In this document: piece after piece, positions 48,407 to 62,759 of the stretch
How the letters are laid out: each line of letters opens with the position of its first letter
Numbering within the stretch: the stretch's first letter is position 1
From: Octopus sinensis
Taxonomy: Eukaryota
Assembly (NCBI RefSeq): GCF_006345805.1
Contig: NC_043003.1
Location: forward strand, 109,244,001 to 109,308,000
Direction of reading: 5' to 3'
DNA: 64,000 bases
The notes under the pieces: generated by a model
Databases searched by the model: none
What the model was told of the DNA's origin: nothing
Seen by the model: the letters and a program-made list of their open reading frames with translations, nothing else
Position numbers and translations under genes: made by a program

Positions 48407-48450
48407 ACTTCCGGCGACCTACCGGAAGTAATCCAACTCTGCGCATGAGC
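48407..48450. promoter_or_regulatory. Inverted pair of ETS-type CCGGAAGT sites plus an NRF1-like TGCGCATG
   Basis: acttccgg (48407-48414), ccggaagt (48422-48429), tgcgcatgagc (48440-48450). Confidence 0.3.
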
Positions 48451-49667
48451 GTTGAAAACTTCCAAAATAGCATGACTACAAATTCATTTGTTTGTTTTTT
48501 CCTATTTTTTGTCAATCCTTTCTAATATTATTTGAATTAACACAAAAAATACGTTTAACATTGTGCTTTATATATTTTTGCTTTTGTTGTAGCTCTGTTC
48601 TTTTATAACTTTTGTTAAATGTTTTTGAAATTTGAATAAATTTTACTCCTTTTCAAACTTATGTCAATGAAGAACACAGTTGAAAAAACACCAAAACAAA
48701 AATCAACAAATCTACCTGATAACCCAATGTATACACCAGTGAGGTCAAACATATAGCCCTTGGACGAGATCCAGCCTGTGGCAATATTTAGTCCAGCTTC
48801 TGGCTCTCATCATCATCATCATTCTTTAACGTCCACTTTCCATGCTAGCATGGGTTGGACGATTTGAGTGAGGGCTGGCCAACCAGATGGCTGCACCAGG
48901 CTTCAATCTTGATCAGGCAGAGTTTCCACAGCTGGATGCCCTTCCTAACGCCAACCACTCTGAGAGTGTAGTGGGTGCTTTTATGTGCCACTGGCACAAG
49001 GGCTAGTCAGGCGGTACTGGCAACGACCTTGCTCGAATCCTTTTACACATGCCATCAGCACAGGTGCCAGTTAGTCGATGCTGATAACGATCACGCTCGA
49101 ATGGTGTCTTTTACGTGCCACTGGCATGGAGGCCAGATAGCCACTCTGGCAACGATCACGCTCGGATGGTGCTCTTACAAAAAAAAAAAGAATCAATTAA
49201 AACATCAAAAAAATAAAAAATGTAGTTTTTAAATGTTCTGAAAAAAATATTACTTGAATGCATATAGAGTGGAAGCCTACAAATCTGTGTACTTTTAAAG
49301 AATCTTTTATTATATCAACCAATGAAATAGAGTTTATGAATCTTTATACTAAAAGATTTGACATATATTTCTTTTAGTTTGTCTATTCCCACTGAACCAA
49401 ACATAAGTAGTTATTTTTATTGAAATTGATGTTCATGTTTGTTTAAATGGATTTTAGAGATATGAATGAGATTGAATGGTTTCTGCAGCTGAAAGAGGGC
49501 AAGTTTTCTATCACATATCAGAGTCCACTCAACAACTGTATGCAATCATGTGAAGTTTTTGTCTCTGTTCTCACTCAAAAGGACTCTTCCTTAATTGGAC
49601 AATATACGTGCATGCATGTGTGTATGTGGTATATATAAAATATATATTATATATACACAACATATAT

Positions 49668-49702
<35 letters not shown>

Positions 49703-49936
49703 ATATTATAATATATATATATATTGTATATATACATACATACATACAAACATACATACATACATACATACGTACATAGATATTTCAACATCTGAAGATA
49801 AATTCTCTGAGAGATATTTTCTCTACACTAACTGCAGAGAATTTGCCCTAAGAAGTTGAAATATGTCACAAACATATTTTAACTATTCTAAAGTTCATTT
49901 TTGCCTTAACCTTGCTTAGTGCTGATACTGCTGAAT

Positions 49937-50080
49937 ACATGTATGTATGTATGTATGTATGTATGTATGTATGTATGTATGTATGTATGTATGTATGTAT
50001 GTATGTATGTATGTATGTATGTATGTATGTATGTATGTATATATATAAATGTATGTATGTATGTATGTATATATATATAT
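49937..50080. repeat. (TATG)n microsatellite
   Basis: Directly visible. Confidence 0.95.
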
Positions 50081-50083
50081 GTA

Positions 50084-50402
50084 TATTTTAATTTAGAGAT
50101 AGTAGGCCCCTTCATCCCACCATATAAAAAAGAATGTTTATTTTAAATACCTACTGTTTTATAACTTGGCTCATGTGTTTCATGAGGTACATTCTCTGGT
50201 TCCTGAACCACTCCGTGTTTTGCTGGAACCCTTCTTACAATGAATCCCCAATCATCAGGCCCCAAACACGGAGTGGCTTAGGAACCGGAGAATGTACCTC
50301 ATGAAACACATGTAGCCAAGTTATAAAACAGTAGGTATTTAAAATAAAAATTATTTTTTATATGGTGAGATGAATGGGCCTACTATCTCTAAATTAAAAT
50401 AT
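50084..50402. repeat. Inverted repeat (~135-bp arms, ~44-bp spacer); each arm carries the 3' half of a hammerhead-like motif (GAAAC ACAU GUA)
   Basis: About 50084-50220 versus 50265-50402 are reverse complements. Confidence 0.8.
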
Positions 50403-50579
50403 ATTTCTTCATTGAGAATAATTTGAACCTCTGTTATGCCAGAATTTTTATTCCCTAACAAATAAAATTTATATATGTATATGTATATATATATTCACCA
50501 CTAAGCATATTTCAACTTCTTAAGGCAAATTTCCTGCAATTACTGTAGAGAAAAGTTCTCTCTTATCAAAGAATTTATT

Positions 50580-51482
50580 TTCAAATGTTGAAATATGTCA
50601 CAAACATATCGTCTTTTAGACCAACATTTTCCAGAAAATCACAGGTACAGAAAAATATTCAACAGGTGCTCAGTCAAATTATCATATGGTTGCTGCCCCA
50701 ATTTGAAAGCATCATTACATGCAAGCACCACCAAGAACCCATTCCCAGTTGTAACTGTTGTGACCCAGGAACCCATCCATTTGATGATTAAATCTGTCAT
50801 ATATGAGGCAGAAGTTAGAGCAACACTAAATGATATCATAACTGAAAAGATCTACATTGGGCTATATGAAAGTGACTTCAAAAATCTTCCTTCCAGCACA
50901 GGGACAATAGTAAAGCCACTCAGTTGACTAACCACATATGGGGTTTGAAGTCCAATGCCATACCACATACAATAAAGTGGAAAATAGTTGAAAAGTCCAC
51001 GCCATATGTCAATGGGTCAAAAAAATGTAAGCTATGGATAGCTGGAAGTACACAGATCCTTTTTAGGTCTAAGAACTCCACCGCACTGCTGTATTCCAGA
51101 TCTGAAATTTTCAGGAGTTGTAAACATATGAAGAAGTTTCTATTGGTGAATTGGAAAATATCACCCCTCAGGATTGAGCAACTGTACCACAGACTCTAAG
51201 CTGCTTTCCCTTCAGCCTTGACTTTATAATCAAAGGGAATATAACCCTAATTCTTCCCCTCTTTCTTTTTCCTGTTTTCTTTTCCATATTCCAGTGTTTT
51301 CAACCTTTCACCTTTTACATCTACTTCCTTGTTGTCTTTTCTCATTTTTCTCTCATCCTATAGTCTTGCTTTAGGTTGTTATGCCATGTGGGCAGAGCCT
51401 GAAGATTGTGTGAAGGCACTAGATATGTTATAAAATGCTATCTAAGTTGTTTTCACCACATGAAACTGCTTATTAGAAGCTC
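50580..51482 (+). pseudogene. Penelope-like element remnant: RT C-terminal/linker, GIY-YIG endonuclease and 3' UTR with a degenerate hammerhead
   Basis: LLDQHFPENHRYRKIFNR.SVKLSY.C.PN; VIYEAEV..KIYIGL.E..FK; L.NHIWGLK..IKWKIVEK..PY..GSKKCKL..EIFRSCKH.KKFLL. Motif gagc ctgaaga..gaaac..gctc at 51395-51482. Confidence 0.8.
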
Positions 51483-51581
51483 ATAAAACTATATACTGTG
51501 CTTATTAAATAATATAACTGTATGTCCTGGAATTTAGAACAGGTATACTCTATCCCTGCATTTCCTAAGTAACTGAAAAAG

Positions 51582-51729
51582 TTGGTATTAGGAAAGGTAG
51601 CTGGCTGTGAAACACTGCTTCAAAAACACTCATCCCACCCAATCAAGCATGGAAAAGCAGATATAAAAGTGATGTTGATGGTGACAGTGATGATAATGAT
51701 GATGATGATTGTGATGATGATGACAACGA
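51582..51729 (+). repeat. Near-identical local duplicate of 54132-54282
   Basis: The shared sequence extends through the interrupted (GAT)n tail. Confidence 0.8.
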
Positions 51730-52159
51730 CGACGACAATGATGATGGTGGTGATGATGATGATGATGACGACGACAAAGAGATAGATACATGACAGACAT
51801 ATGCATTCACCTATATACACATGTAGCTTACACTACATGTATGGTAAGTGTGTTAGTGGATACAAATGCAAAAAGAATAGAAAGATTCTTCAGACATATA
51901 CAGATATATACACACACACACTTAATCAGTCATGAACACATATGTAGATATATATGTAGATATATATGGTGACCGTGTGTGTGTATTTGTAGAAGTTTGT
52001 ATATATATATGTGTGTGTGTTTAGATACATGTGTATGTATATGTAAGTGTGTGTATACATATGTATGTGTGTGTGTGTACTATTTATGCTCATGTACACC
52101 AACAGGTACTCATACATATGTATACAAGCATCCTTATGCATAAACGTATGAGCATACAT

Positions 52160-52226
<67 letters not shown>

Positions 52227-54309
52227 ATTTATCTCACACTCAACGCATTCCTTTGATGTCTGCAGTTCTCAAAGTTAATTTTAATGACAAAGTCAATCAG
52301 TGCCTCATTAAGAAATCTAATCAAAGGTCAAGAAAATCATAAAGGTTACAAGCAGAGTACTTTCTAAACACCTTTTGAAAAGCAACAGTAGCAGCAGTGG
52401 CAGCACCTCCACCACCACCACCACCACAGACACCACCACCACCGCCGCCGCCGCCACCACCGCCACCACCACCAATAATAACTCAACCGGCAGTAGTAGT
52501 AACAATAGCACTAACAAAGGTCATTGGATGGAACATTTTAAGGGTTACTCTCATGCCCTCTTCACTGAATAGCAACTTTCAGTGAAGAATCCATACTTCT
52601 GGTTCTATATAATGACAGTAATTAACACCCTAGTAGTAATTAGCACCATCACCATAATCATCACCATCATCATCACCATCACCATCACTGTCATTATCAC
52701 CACCACCATCATCCGCATTGTTTAATGTCCGTCTTCTATGTTTGGCATGGGTTGGACTGTTCAACAAGACCTGATGAGCCAGTGGACTGCATCAAGCTCC
52801 AATATATTCATTGGTAAGCTCTCTGTTGCTTGATGTCCTTCCTAACTGCTACATCACCATCATCATCATCGTTTAACGTCCGTTTCCCGTGCTAGCACAG
52901 GTTGGACGGTTCGACTGGGGTCTGGGAAGCCATGGAGGCTGTACCAGGCTCCAGTCTGATCTGGCAGTGTTTCTACAGCTGGATGCCCTTCCTAACGCTA
53001 ACTACTCCGTGAGTGTAGTTGGTGCTTTTTACGTGCCATAGCACAGGTGTCAGTGGAGGCTGGCAATGGCCACGATCAGTTGGTGCTTTTTACGTGCCAC
53101 CGGCACAGAAGCCAGTCAAGGCGGCGCTGGCATTGGCCACGTTCGGATGGTGCTTTTTACGTGCCACCAGCACAGGTATCACAACTACAATTTCCATTTG
53201 AACACTTTACAAATTGCACTGGGTGCTTTTTCCATGGCATTTGCATTTGGGAGGTCACCAAGTAACTCACAAGACAAGTCCCCTCAACTGAGTTGGGGTA
53301 TAACATGGGTTTCAAATTTTGGCGCAAGGCCAGCAGTTTCTTTCGGTGGGGGTGGTGGAGTATGGAATAAATCAGTTACATTGAGCCTAGTGCTCAACCG
53401 TTATTTATTTTATCAACCTTGAAAGGATGAAAAGCAAAGTCAACCTTAGCAGCATTCAAACTGTTTGTGCTACTCTTTTACTTGTTTCAGTCATTTGACT
53501 GTGGCCATGCTGGAGCACTGCCTTTAGTCGAGCAAATCGATCCCAGGACTTATTCTTTGTATGCCTAGTACTTATTCTATCGATACAGCTTATTTCTGCA
53601 GCTGGGAATTGAACCCACTCCCTCATGACTGAGCCCAATGCTCTAACCACTGAGCCATGAGCCTTCACATTGTAGAAATAATAACCGATTTATTACATAT
53701 AAATTTAAACAGCAAAATCTTATACGGACCCTGAAAAGGGCCACATGGGCTCCACCTGAAAACCACTGGGTTAAAGTATGAAAGAAGGACAGGTACAGAT
53801 GTCCTTCCACAGTGGAGATACATGTCTACCCCAGGTGGAAAGAAAGGATAGAGATGATGTTGGTGATGAGATGTCAGGGCCCACCCCTATGGAATTAAGA
53901 CAATGAATTGGCAAAGTTATTAGAGCATGGGGCACAGTTCCTTGCAATGCTTTTTCCTGCTCTCTGCACTTTGAGTCCAAATCCTGCTGAATTCAATATT
54001 GTCTTTCATCTTTCATGGATGATAAAGGAAGTGTTAATCCAGGCCAGTGGATTAGTTGAAGAGTTAAAGCATCAGATAAGCTGTTTAGTGGTATTTGATT
54101 TGGTTCTTTACTTTCTGAGTTCAAATTCTGAGTTGGTATGAGGAAAGGTAGCTGGCTGTGAAACACTGCTTCGAAAACACTCATCCCACCCATGCAAGCA
54201 TGGAAAAGCAGATATAAAAGTGATGTTGATGGTGACGGTGATGATAATGATGATGATGATTGTGATAATGATGACAACGATGATGCATATGACTAGAGCT
54301 AATCATCTT

Positions 54310-54530
54310 ATTTCTTTATTGCCCACAAGGAGCTAAACACAGAAGGGACCAACAAGGACAGACAAAAGGATTAAGTGGATTACATCGACCCCAGTGCATA
54401 ACTGGTACTTAATTTATCGACCCCGAAAGGATGAAAGGCAAAGTCGACCTCGGCGGAATTTGAACTCAGAACGTAACAGCAGACGAAATACTGCTAAGAA
54501 TTTCGCCCGGTGTGCTAACGTTTCTGCCAC
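54310..54530 (-). mobile_element. SINE family B, young copy
   Basis: Close match to 5285-5515 and 40558-40795. Confidence 0.85.
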
Positions 54531-54838
54531 CTCTTATCATGTGACTGAGGGAGAAACCCATCAAAGTCGTATTTCACTTCCATGGAATGGTACAGACTTC
54601 TGTCTCTATTTGTGTGTGTGTGCTTATAAGTATATATAAATGTAAGTGTATATAGGTATTAATGCATTAACATGCTTTATATATATATATATATATATAG
54701 CTACATGTAATTAAACCAGTGTAAAACATGTTCGTGTGTGTGTGTGTGAGTGTGAGTGGGTGTGTACATGGATGCATAATTGTATATGAGTTTCTGCATA
54801 TATTTGTAAGCCTGAACACATATATATCTGTATGTGAA

Positions 54839-54880
<42 letters not shown>

Positions 54881-55734
54881 ATGTGTAATTCTGTCATCTA
54901 GCTATCTCCTTCTCCTCCTCACCATGATCGTAATCATGATTTTTCCTCGTCATCATCTTCATCATCATTACCACCACCACTGCCACCGCCGCCACAACCA
55001 CCGCCACCACCACCACCACCACCACCACCAGCATTATCATCATCAGCTGCAGTAGTATAGATAAACTGGCAATGGAATGCCTAGGTTTCATTCAGCCTTG
55101 ATTGTAAACAGTTGAATGGAATAATAAAATATATGATTAGGAGTTTCGTTGGCACGCAGCCAGCCTCCAATAATAATAATAATAATAATAGTAATAGTAG
55201 TAATGATGATGATGTTGATAATGAGGATAATGATGACGATGATGTTGCTGATAATAACAAGGATAATAATGATAAGAATGATGATGGTTTCTAATTTAGG
55301 TGCGAGGCCAACAGTTTGGGAGGATTCTGTCAGCCCTGGCAGATCACTTGTACTTTATTTTATTGACTCCAAAAGGATGAAAGCAAAGTTGATCTTGGTT
55401 GGATTTGAACTCAGAATCTAAAAATCCAGAATAAATATCACAAAGCACTTTTACAGCTACTCCAAGGATTCTGCCAGCTCACTCCCTTTAATAACTATGT
55501 CTAATTTAGGCATGAAGCCAGTGGCTTTGAGGGGACAGGGTCAGTAGATATCCTTGACCCCAGTACTTAACTGCTACAATATTGTATCAGCCCAAGAGGA
55601 GTGAAAAGTGAAGTTGATCCTGGCAGGATTTGAACTCAGAATGTAAAGAACAGATATAAATATCGGAAGGTACTAGTTTTCAATGTTCTACTGATTCTGC
55701 CAGCTCACCCCCTTAAAGATTGTTTCTAATTTAA

Positions 55735-56179
55735 CCCTTTAGCATTCGGATTACTTTGTCAAATGTAATGCTTATTGATATACATAGTTTTGAATTAATC
55801 ATACGTTATCTTGTGGTTTCAAGATTTCAATGATGTGATTGTTTATTTTTATCATTATATTATAGAATAAGTGTGAGATTTTGGATCTGGCCAGTTTGAA
55901 CTTAAAAGAGACAGAATATTTTGGCCAGAAGGCGGTGAGCTGGCAGTAACGTTAGTATGCCAGGCGAAATGCTTTGCAGTATTTCATCTGCCTTTACATT
56001 CTGAGTTCAAGTTCCGAGGTCGACTTTGCTTTTCATCTGTTGGGGGTTGATAAATTAAGTACCAGTTGCATACTATGGTCGATCTAATCGATTGGCCCCC
56101 TCTCCCAAAATTTCAGACCTTGTGCTTAAAGTAGAAAAGAATATTTTGGTCAGATATGGCCAGTTTAAATGCTACAGAG
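55735..56179. mobile_element. piggyBac-like MITE flanked by TTAA, with a nested SINE B (about 55930-56140)
   Basis: TTAA|ccctttagcatt ... aatgctacagag|TTAA. Confidence 0.65.
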
Positions 56180-56414
56180 TTAAGCCCAAAGCCTGAAATT
56201 TTGAGACGAGGAGTTAGTCAATTAAACTGAGCCCAGCACTTGACATTTCATCAACGATGGAGAAATGAAAACCAAAGTTGATCTAAGTGAGAATTGAACT
56301 CAAAACTTAAAATCATGACACATATACCTCAAAAAATTTTTTAGAACATTGACAATTCTGCTAGATAAGATTTCCGCCAGTTGCAATTGCTCTCATCATC
56401 TTTTTAATTGTTTT

Positions 56415-56830
56415 ATCATTTTACTTGTTTCAGTCACTAGATTGCGGCCATGCTGGGGCACCACCTTGAGGAATTTGTAGTCGAATGAATTTACCTCAGT
56501 ACTGTTTTGTTTTGTTTTTGTGTAAGCCTGGTACTTATTCTATCAGTCTCTATTGATGAATCTCAAAGTTACAGGGATGTAAACACACCAACACCAGTTG
56601 TCAAGTGGTGGTAGGGAACAAAGACACAAAGTCACACACACACACATGCATGGATACACACACACACACATACACACACAAACGAGGGGCTTCTTTCAGT
56701 TTCTGTCTACCAAATCCACTTTCAAGGCTTTGGTCAGCCTGAGGCTATAGCTGAGGCTCAAGGTGTCACACAGTAGGACTGAACCTAGAACCATATGCTT
56801 GGGAAGCAAGCCTCTTACCACACAGCCATG
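56415..56830 (-). mobile_element. SINE family A, full copy
   Basis: Tail-to-head match. Confidence 0.8.
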
Positions 56831-59800
56831 CTTGTTACTCGACAGTTTTATAGTCACCAGAAAAAAGGTAAGTAAAGTTGACCAGGACAGGATTTGAACT
56901 CAAAATGCAAATAACTCTTACCAAATACTCTTGGTTCCATTGAAATAGTGTTCATGATATAGAACCATATCCCAAATGGAATGCAAATTGTTCTGCCATA
57001 TTTGCCCAAAGCAGTCCTCATGGCCAATACTTTTCCAGAAATCTCAAACCTCAAAAGTAAATCTGAGTGGATTTGCATTATTGAACACATGGGGGGGGGG
57101 GGGTAGTAACAGGAACAATATACCACAAGGCACTTAGTTCAAAGTTCAGTTGATTTTACCAACCAATTACAGAAACAAGTACAACAATTATGTCAGTTAT
57201 TAACCCTTTTGTTACCATATTTCCAAAGAAATACACTACTTATGCTTTTCCAATTAATTTTGAAAATAATCCAGAAATCACCTGGGTTGAGTATAAATAA
57301 CTGACTTCTTCATTATTAACAATGGAGTTCGTTGCATCACTGAACAAAAGATTCTTACATTAAATTACAGTGGAAGCCTTCAATTTAAATATTAATGCTT
57401 TAAAATGTTGGGGTTTATAATCACAGATATGGAAGCAGTCCCAAGTGGGTTGACATCAAAGAAGTTTATCAATAGCTTTTAATGGAATAAAGTAGGTGAT
57501 ACTTGAACTAAGGAGGTGAGGTAGGCCAAACTAACGAAATACAAAACGAAGCAAAAAAAAAAGCAAACAAAAAAAGAAGGAAAACCAAAGATTAATCAGG
57601 GTTTTTAAAAGCAGTATGTAGATGATCCTACTAATATGCATTTAGTTGTATTGGTAAAACTTGCTGTGATAAATTCCATCCAGTGTGATTGCTATCTCTC
57701 ATGTACATTAATGGTAGCCTTACACACACTTGTATTTAGGATAAAATTAAAGTGTGTGTGTGTGTGTGTGAGTGAGGTGGGGAGATTAGCTTTTAATCAG
57801 TATTACTCTGGTGTCATTGATAATTAGTTCTTTCTAATTAAGCCATTTATGCTATTTATGATAGTTAATCTTATTTCACCATGTCATCATTATACATATC
57901 TATTTCACTGATAAACATTTGAAAGATTTCTGGAACACAGTTCCAGAATGATACATCATTAAGTAATATTGGTAACTACTAGCACCATCACCATCACCAT
58001 CACCATCACCATCACCATCACCATCATCATCATCATAGCTGAACATACTTCCATGAAAGACTGCAAATGAATGGCATCACTTATATGACGATGACACTGA
58101 TTTAAGACTATCATGCTATGTCAAGACTAGAAGCACAAGCACATACACACACGTATATGTGCGTGTGTATGTGTTGTGTGCACCATTGTGTAAACACCGT
58201 GTGATGGTTGTAAATGAACCTCACCGTTATACAAGTACTGTTGTGTGTTTCCTGTCTTCCGTGAAAAACTTATCAAGCTATGGGCAATATTACCTGGCTG
58301 GGGAACAGGTGAGTGTTGATAACAGGAAGGGCATCCATCCATTGAAAAATATGCCTCAATACATTCCTGTCTGAGCCATGCCAGCATAGAAAAGTGAGCA
58401 TGAAATGATGACGACGACGACGACGACGACAATGATGATGATGATGATGATGATGATGACAAAATTGTTAGCATGCTGGACGAAATACTTACCATTTATT
58501 TCGCCCATTGCTACATTCTGAGTTCAAATTCTGCTGAGGTGGACTTTGCTTTTCATCCTTTTGAGGTCAATAAATTAAGTAGTGGTGCAACTCTGGGTTG
58601 ATGTAATTGACTGGTCCTCTCCCACCAAATGCCCTGTGCCTTTCCTAGAAAGGATTATATATCATATCACAACAATATTCATTCAAACACCATGGTGCTT
58701 CTATGAATAAGGATGTCTTTCTATGGTCATACATTTTTCTTTGAACTGCTAGACTTTAGAATTCTCTTCCATCTCATTGTTTTTCTCCTTTTTATAATCT
58801 GAACTCTTTCAAGACTTCCTAATTATATACACACATACATATATGTGTGTGTGTGTGTGTGTGTGTATAAACATATATATACAGGAGCACTCTGTCAGTT
58901 ACAACGATGACGGGCCTAGCTGATATGATCAACGGAACAGCTTGCTCGCGAAATTAATGTGCAAGGGGCTGAGTACTCCACAGACATGTGTACCCTTCAC
59001 ATAGTTCTCAAGGAGATTCAGCGTGACACAGATTGTGACAAGGCTGGTCCTTTGAAATACAGTTACAACTCATTTTTGCCAGCTGAGTGGACTGGAGCAA
59101 CAGGAAATAAAGTGCCTTGTTCAAGGACACAAGTGTCGCTGAGAATTGAACTCATGACCTTATGATTGTCAGCCGAATGCCCTAACCACTAGGCCTCATG
59201 CCTTCACACACACATGCACACACACACAGATAGCACTTGCCCAAGTACATGTTGGAAACTGAACTTCTGAACCACCCCATCAGTTCTCTGCCTCACTTGA
59301 GAATAGTATTTTAACATGGGCCCAGACATGCCTCTGTAGTTTAGAAGTTTGATCTGTAACTATGAGATTTCAAGTTGGAACCCACTGCATGACATCTTGG
59401 AATCAAATATGACTGCTAACATAGCCTCATATTGAATAAAGTCTTTCGTTGATAGAAACAGTGTGGAGTAGTTGTTGCTTTGTGCTTGTCAGCCAGAAGA
59501 TTTAATCTGTTTCCTCAATTTAGCATCAACACTTGGTCCTCGGTTCTTGTAATATTGTCCATTTCATTGCAAGCTTGCTGATAACATCTCTGGTCTGAAA
59601 ATAACTTCTTCCATTTCGCTTACTAATCTTGATATCCTTCAAAAGGGCCATAGATGTTGCCTCTTTCCTCCTCACATTAAATTGAGCTATGTAACAAAAT
59701 TTTAATTTTCTTGTTTTTGTCTTTTGGTCACCAAGTGTTATTTCCTATTTGCTCCTATCTAGAACTCAATGAAAATATCAACTATGCTTTTCAAACTGCT

Positions 59801-60495
59801 TTTGTGACCTGGACATCAATGCTTTGAAACTGGCCTATTTCAGTGCTGAGTTGCTGAAGCAGAAATATCATTATAGCAAATATTTTGTTCAATACCGAAG
59901 ATTTGCTTGTCAGTTGCTTGACCATAACCACTTGAGCATGTCCCTTAGTGGCTGACAATATGTGCATCTCTGATCATGAGCAGGAGTAGAGTAGTAGGGG
60001 AGCATCATAGCCATGTGTTGAGAGGAATTCTTTGGGGTTTGAATAAATGTAACAAATGTAAAGTTTGAAGGAAATATTAGCCGTTTTTCATACCTTCTGT
60101 GGGTAAGCAAATAGGAAATAACAGTTACCATTCAAGGATAAAAATCGTATTACACAGTGTTATCCAAAAGCAAAGCTAACAACACAGCAACGTCCATGTT
60201 TTAAGTCGCAAAATCTTAACCAATGCAGGAAACTCATGCAGTTGCTTAGTCAGCTAGAAACAGCAGCCAAACCTCTCACAGATCATAACTTAAAGAAATA
60301 AGGCAGGAAGTTTAGTTATAAATATACAAAATAAGTAAATGAATAAATAAATAAACTCTTGAAAAATCCAGATGGTCATGGCTGGAATGCGTTTTATCAT
60401 AAGTCTACTTGTTTAGTGCTAACACAGAGTTAGCTAACAATAGTTTTACTATTAATTTTCCCAGCATTGTGTACATGTGTGTTTGTGTGCATGCA

Positions 60496-60544
<49 letters not shown>

Positions 60545-61967
60545 TGTGTGTGTGTGTGCTGGTGGTAGTTATAGTTGTGGTGAAGGTGTGTGTTGATGAT
60601 GGTGATGGCAGTGATGTGAGAGAGAGAGAGAGAGAAAGAAAGAGAGAGAGAGGGAGAGGGGGAGAGAGAGAGAAAGAGAGAAAGAGAGAGATAGAAATGA
60701 TACCATATGTATCAGAAGTATTCTGAGTGTTATTATTGTGAGCCCCATAGATGGAGAAATAACCATTTCTCTCCCCAGCAGTCAACTCCCATTTTTATGA
60801 AATAATTAAATTATCATTAACATATTTAATGCAAGGAATATTAAACAGCTAATGAAAAAAGTTATACAGGAATAAATATTGCAATTTTTTTACTATTTCA
60901 TCTGTCTCCAAACTCTGATCAGCTGACTTTCAAAATAGCTATCACTGCCTCATAGAGAAAGAAAGGGTAAAGGAATTAAACGGTTATTTCCTTCTGTGAG
61001 AGAAGTTTTTATCAAAAAGATTTACTTATTTAACATTGTTATCTCTCAGTTCTATGCCATTTTCTCAGCAAATTTTTACTTTACACCTGTTTCAGAGTGT
61101 ACCACTAAAAATATTAGCCATTGACATTGTTTCTCTTGTTTTCCTTTTTTTTTAATTGCTGAGTCTGGAGGAAAGGGAAGAGTCCATTATTGTTGCAGGT
61201 TCTCTGGAATTGGTCAGATTGGTACAATTGATGTTCTGGTTAAACTCTTGCAGGTCAACGCCTGCAGGAAAGATGTGAGCAGAGCATATGCTCAGGAACA
61301 GGGTATGAAAGTACATTTTGTGGGGCCAATGAAAATGTTGAACATTTTCCTGGAATAGTTTCATCACGAAAATGAATGACTATAGAAACATTTTTGGACT
61401 GATTTAAAACATTTCTTTCTAATTATTGGATTTATCTGATTTGATTCATGGCAAATGAGACCGATAGAATAAGTACTAGGCTTACAAAGTATAAGTCCTG
61501 GGGTCGATTTGCTCGACTAAAAGGTGGTGCTCCAGCATGGGCACAGTCAAATGACTGAAACAAATAAAAGAAAGTAAAAGATATATATATCAGCTAACTT
61601 CAAATCGGCTAACTTTGATGAGTACAAGGTTATATAACTGGATTGTTACCTATCACTCCATTGTATTCCTAGTGTGAAACTGATTGGTAAGATCAGCCAT
61701 GATGAATATATAATACTCTGCATTTCAAATAATATACCACTCTATTGACAGATATACGAGTGCATCTTTTCCCTGACTTATGGATTCTTAGATGACTTAC
61801 ACACATATATATATGTGTATATATATCATCAGTAAATCCTAAATCCAAGAAAGAAGCACACTCTAAGTTATAGAGCAGCAGAAAATATGGCCTAGGGTCT
61901 GAAAAAACGCTGTAAAGCTAAGCGCTTCATGGATGAGAAACACAGAGTAACTCCATAGACCGACCAT

Positions 61968-62055
61968 ATGTATCTATCTATCTATCTATCTATCTATCTC
62001 TCTCTCTATATATATATACATATATATATACCCATGTATGTATGTATGTATGTAT

Positions 62056-62092
<37 letters not shown>

Positions 62093-62093
62093 A

Positions 62094-62141
<48 letters not shown>

Positions 62142-62197
62142 CTCTCTATATATATATATACATATATATATACCCATGTATGTATGTATGTATGTAT

Positions 62198-62234
<37 letters not shown>

Positions 62235-62345
62235 AATCATCTATCTATCTATCTATCTATCATCTACTATCTATCTATCTATCTATCTCTCTCTCTATAT
62301 ATATATACATATATATATACCCATGTATGTATGTATGTATGTATT

Positions 62346-62380
<35 letters not shown>

Positions 62381-62381
62381 A

Positions 62382-62429
<48 letters not shown>

Positions 62430-62499
62430 CTATCTATCTATCTCTCTCTCGCTATATATATACATATATATATACCCATGTATGTATGTATGTATGTAT

Positions 62500-62530
<31 letters not shown>

Positions 62531-62558
62531 CCAATCTATCTATCTATCTATCTATCTA

Positions 62559-62602
<44 letters not shown>

Positions 62603-62701
62603 CTCTCTCTATATATAATCATATATATAAACCCATGTATGTTGTATGTATGTATTTATCTATCTACTATGTCATCTATCTATCTATCTATCTATCTATC
62701 A

Positions 62702-62759
<58 letters not shown>

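Noticed and set aside
61152-61380. 71-77-codon minus-strand ORF as a gene on its own
   Set aside because: No recognisable domain, and both strands have similar open stretches. Kept only as a remark under the 59.6-kb candidate exon.
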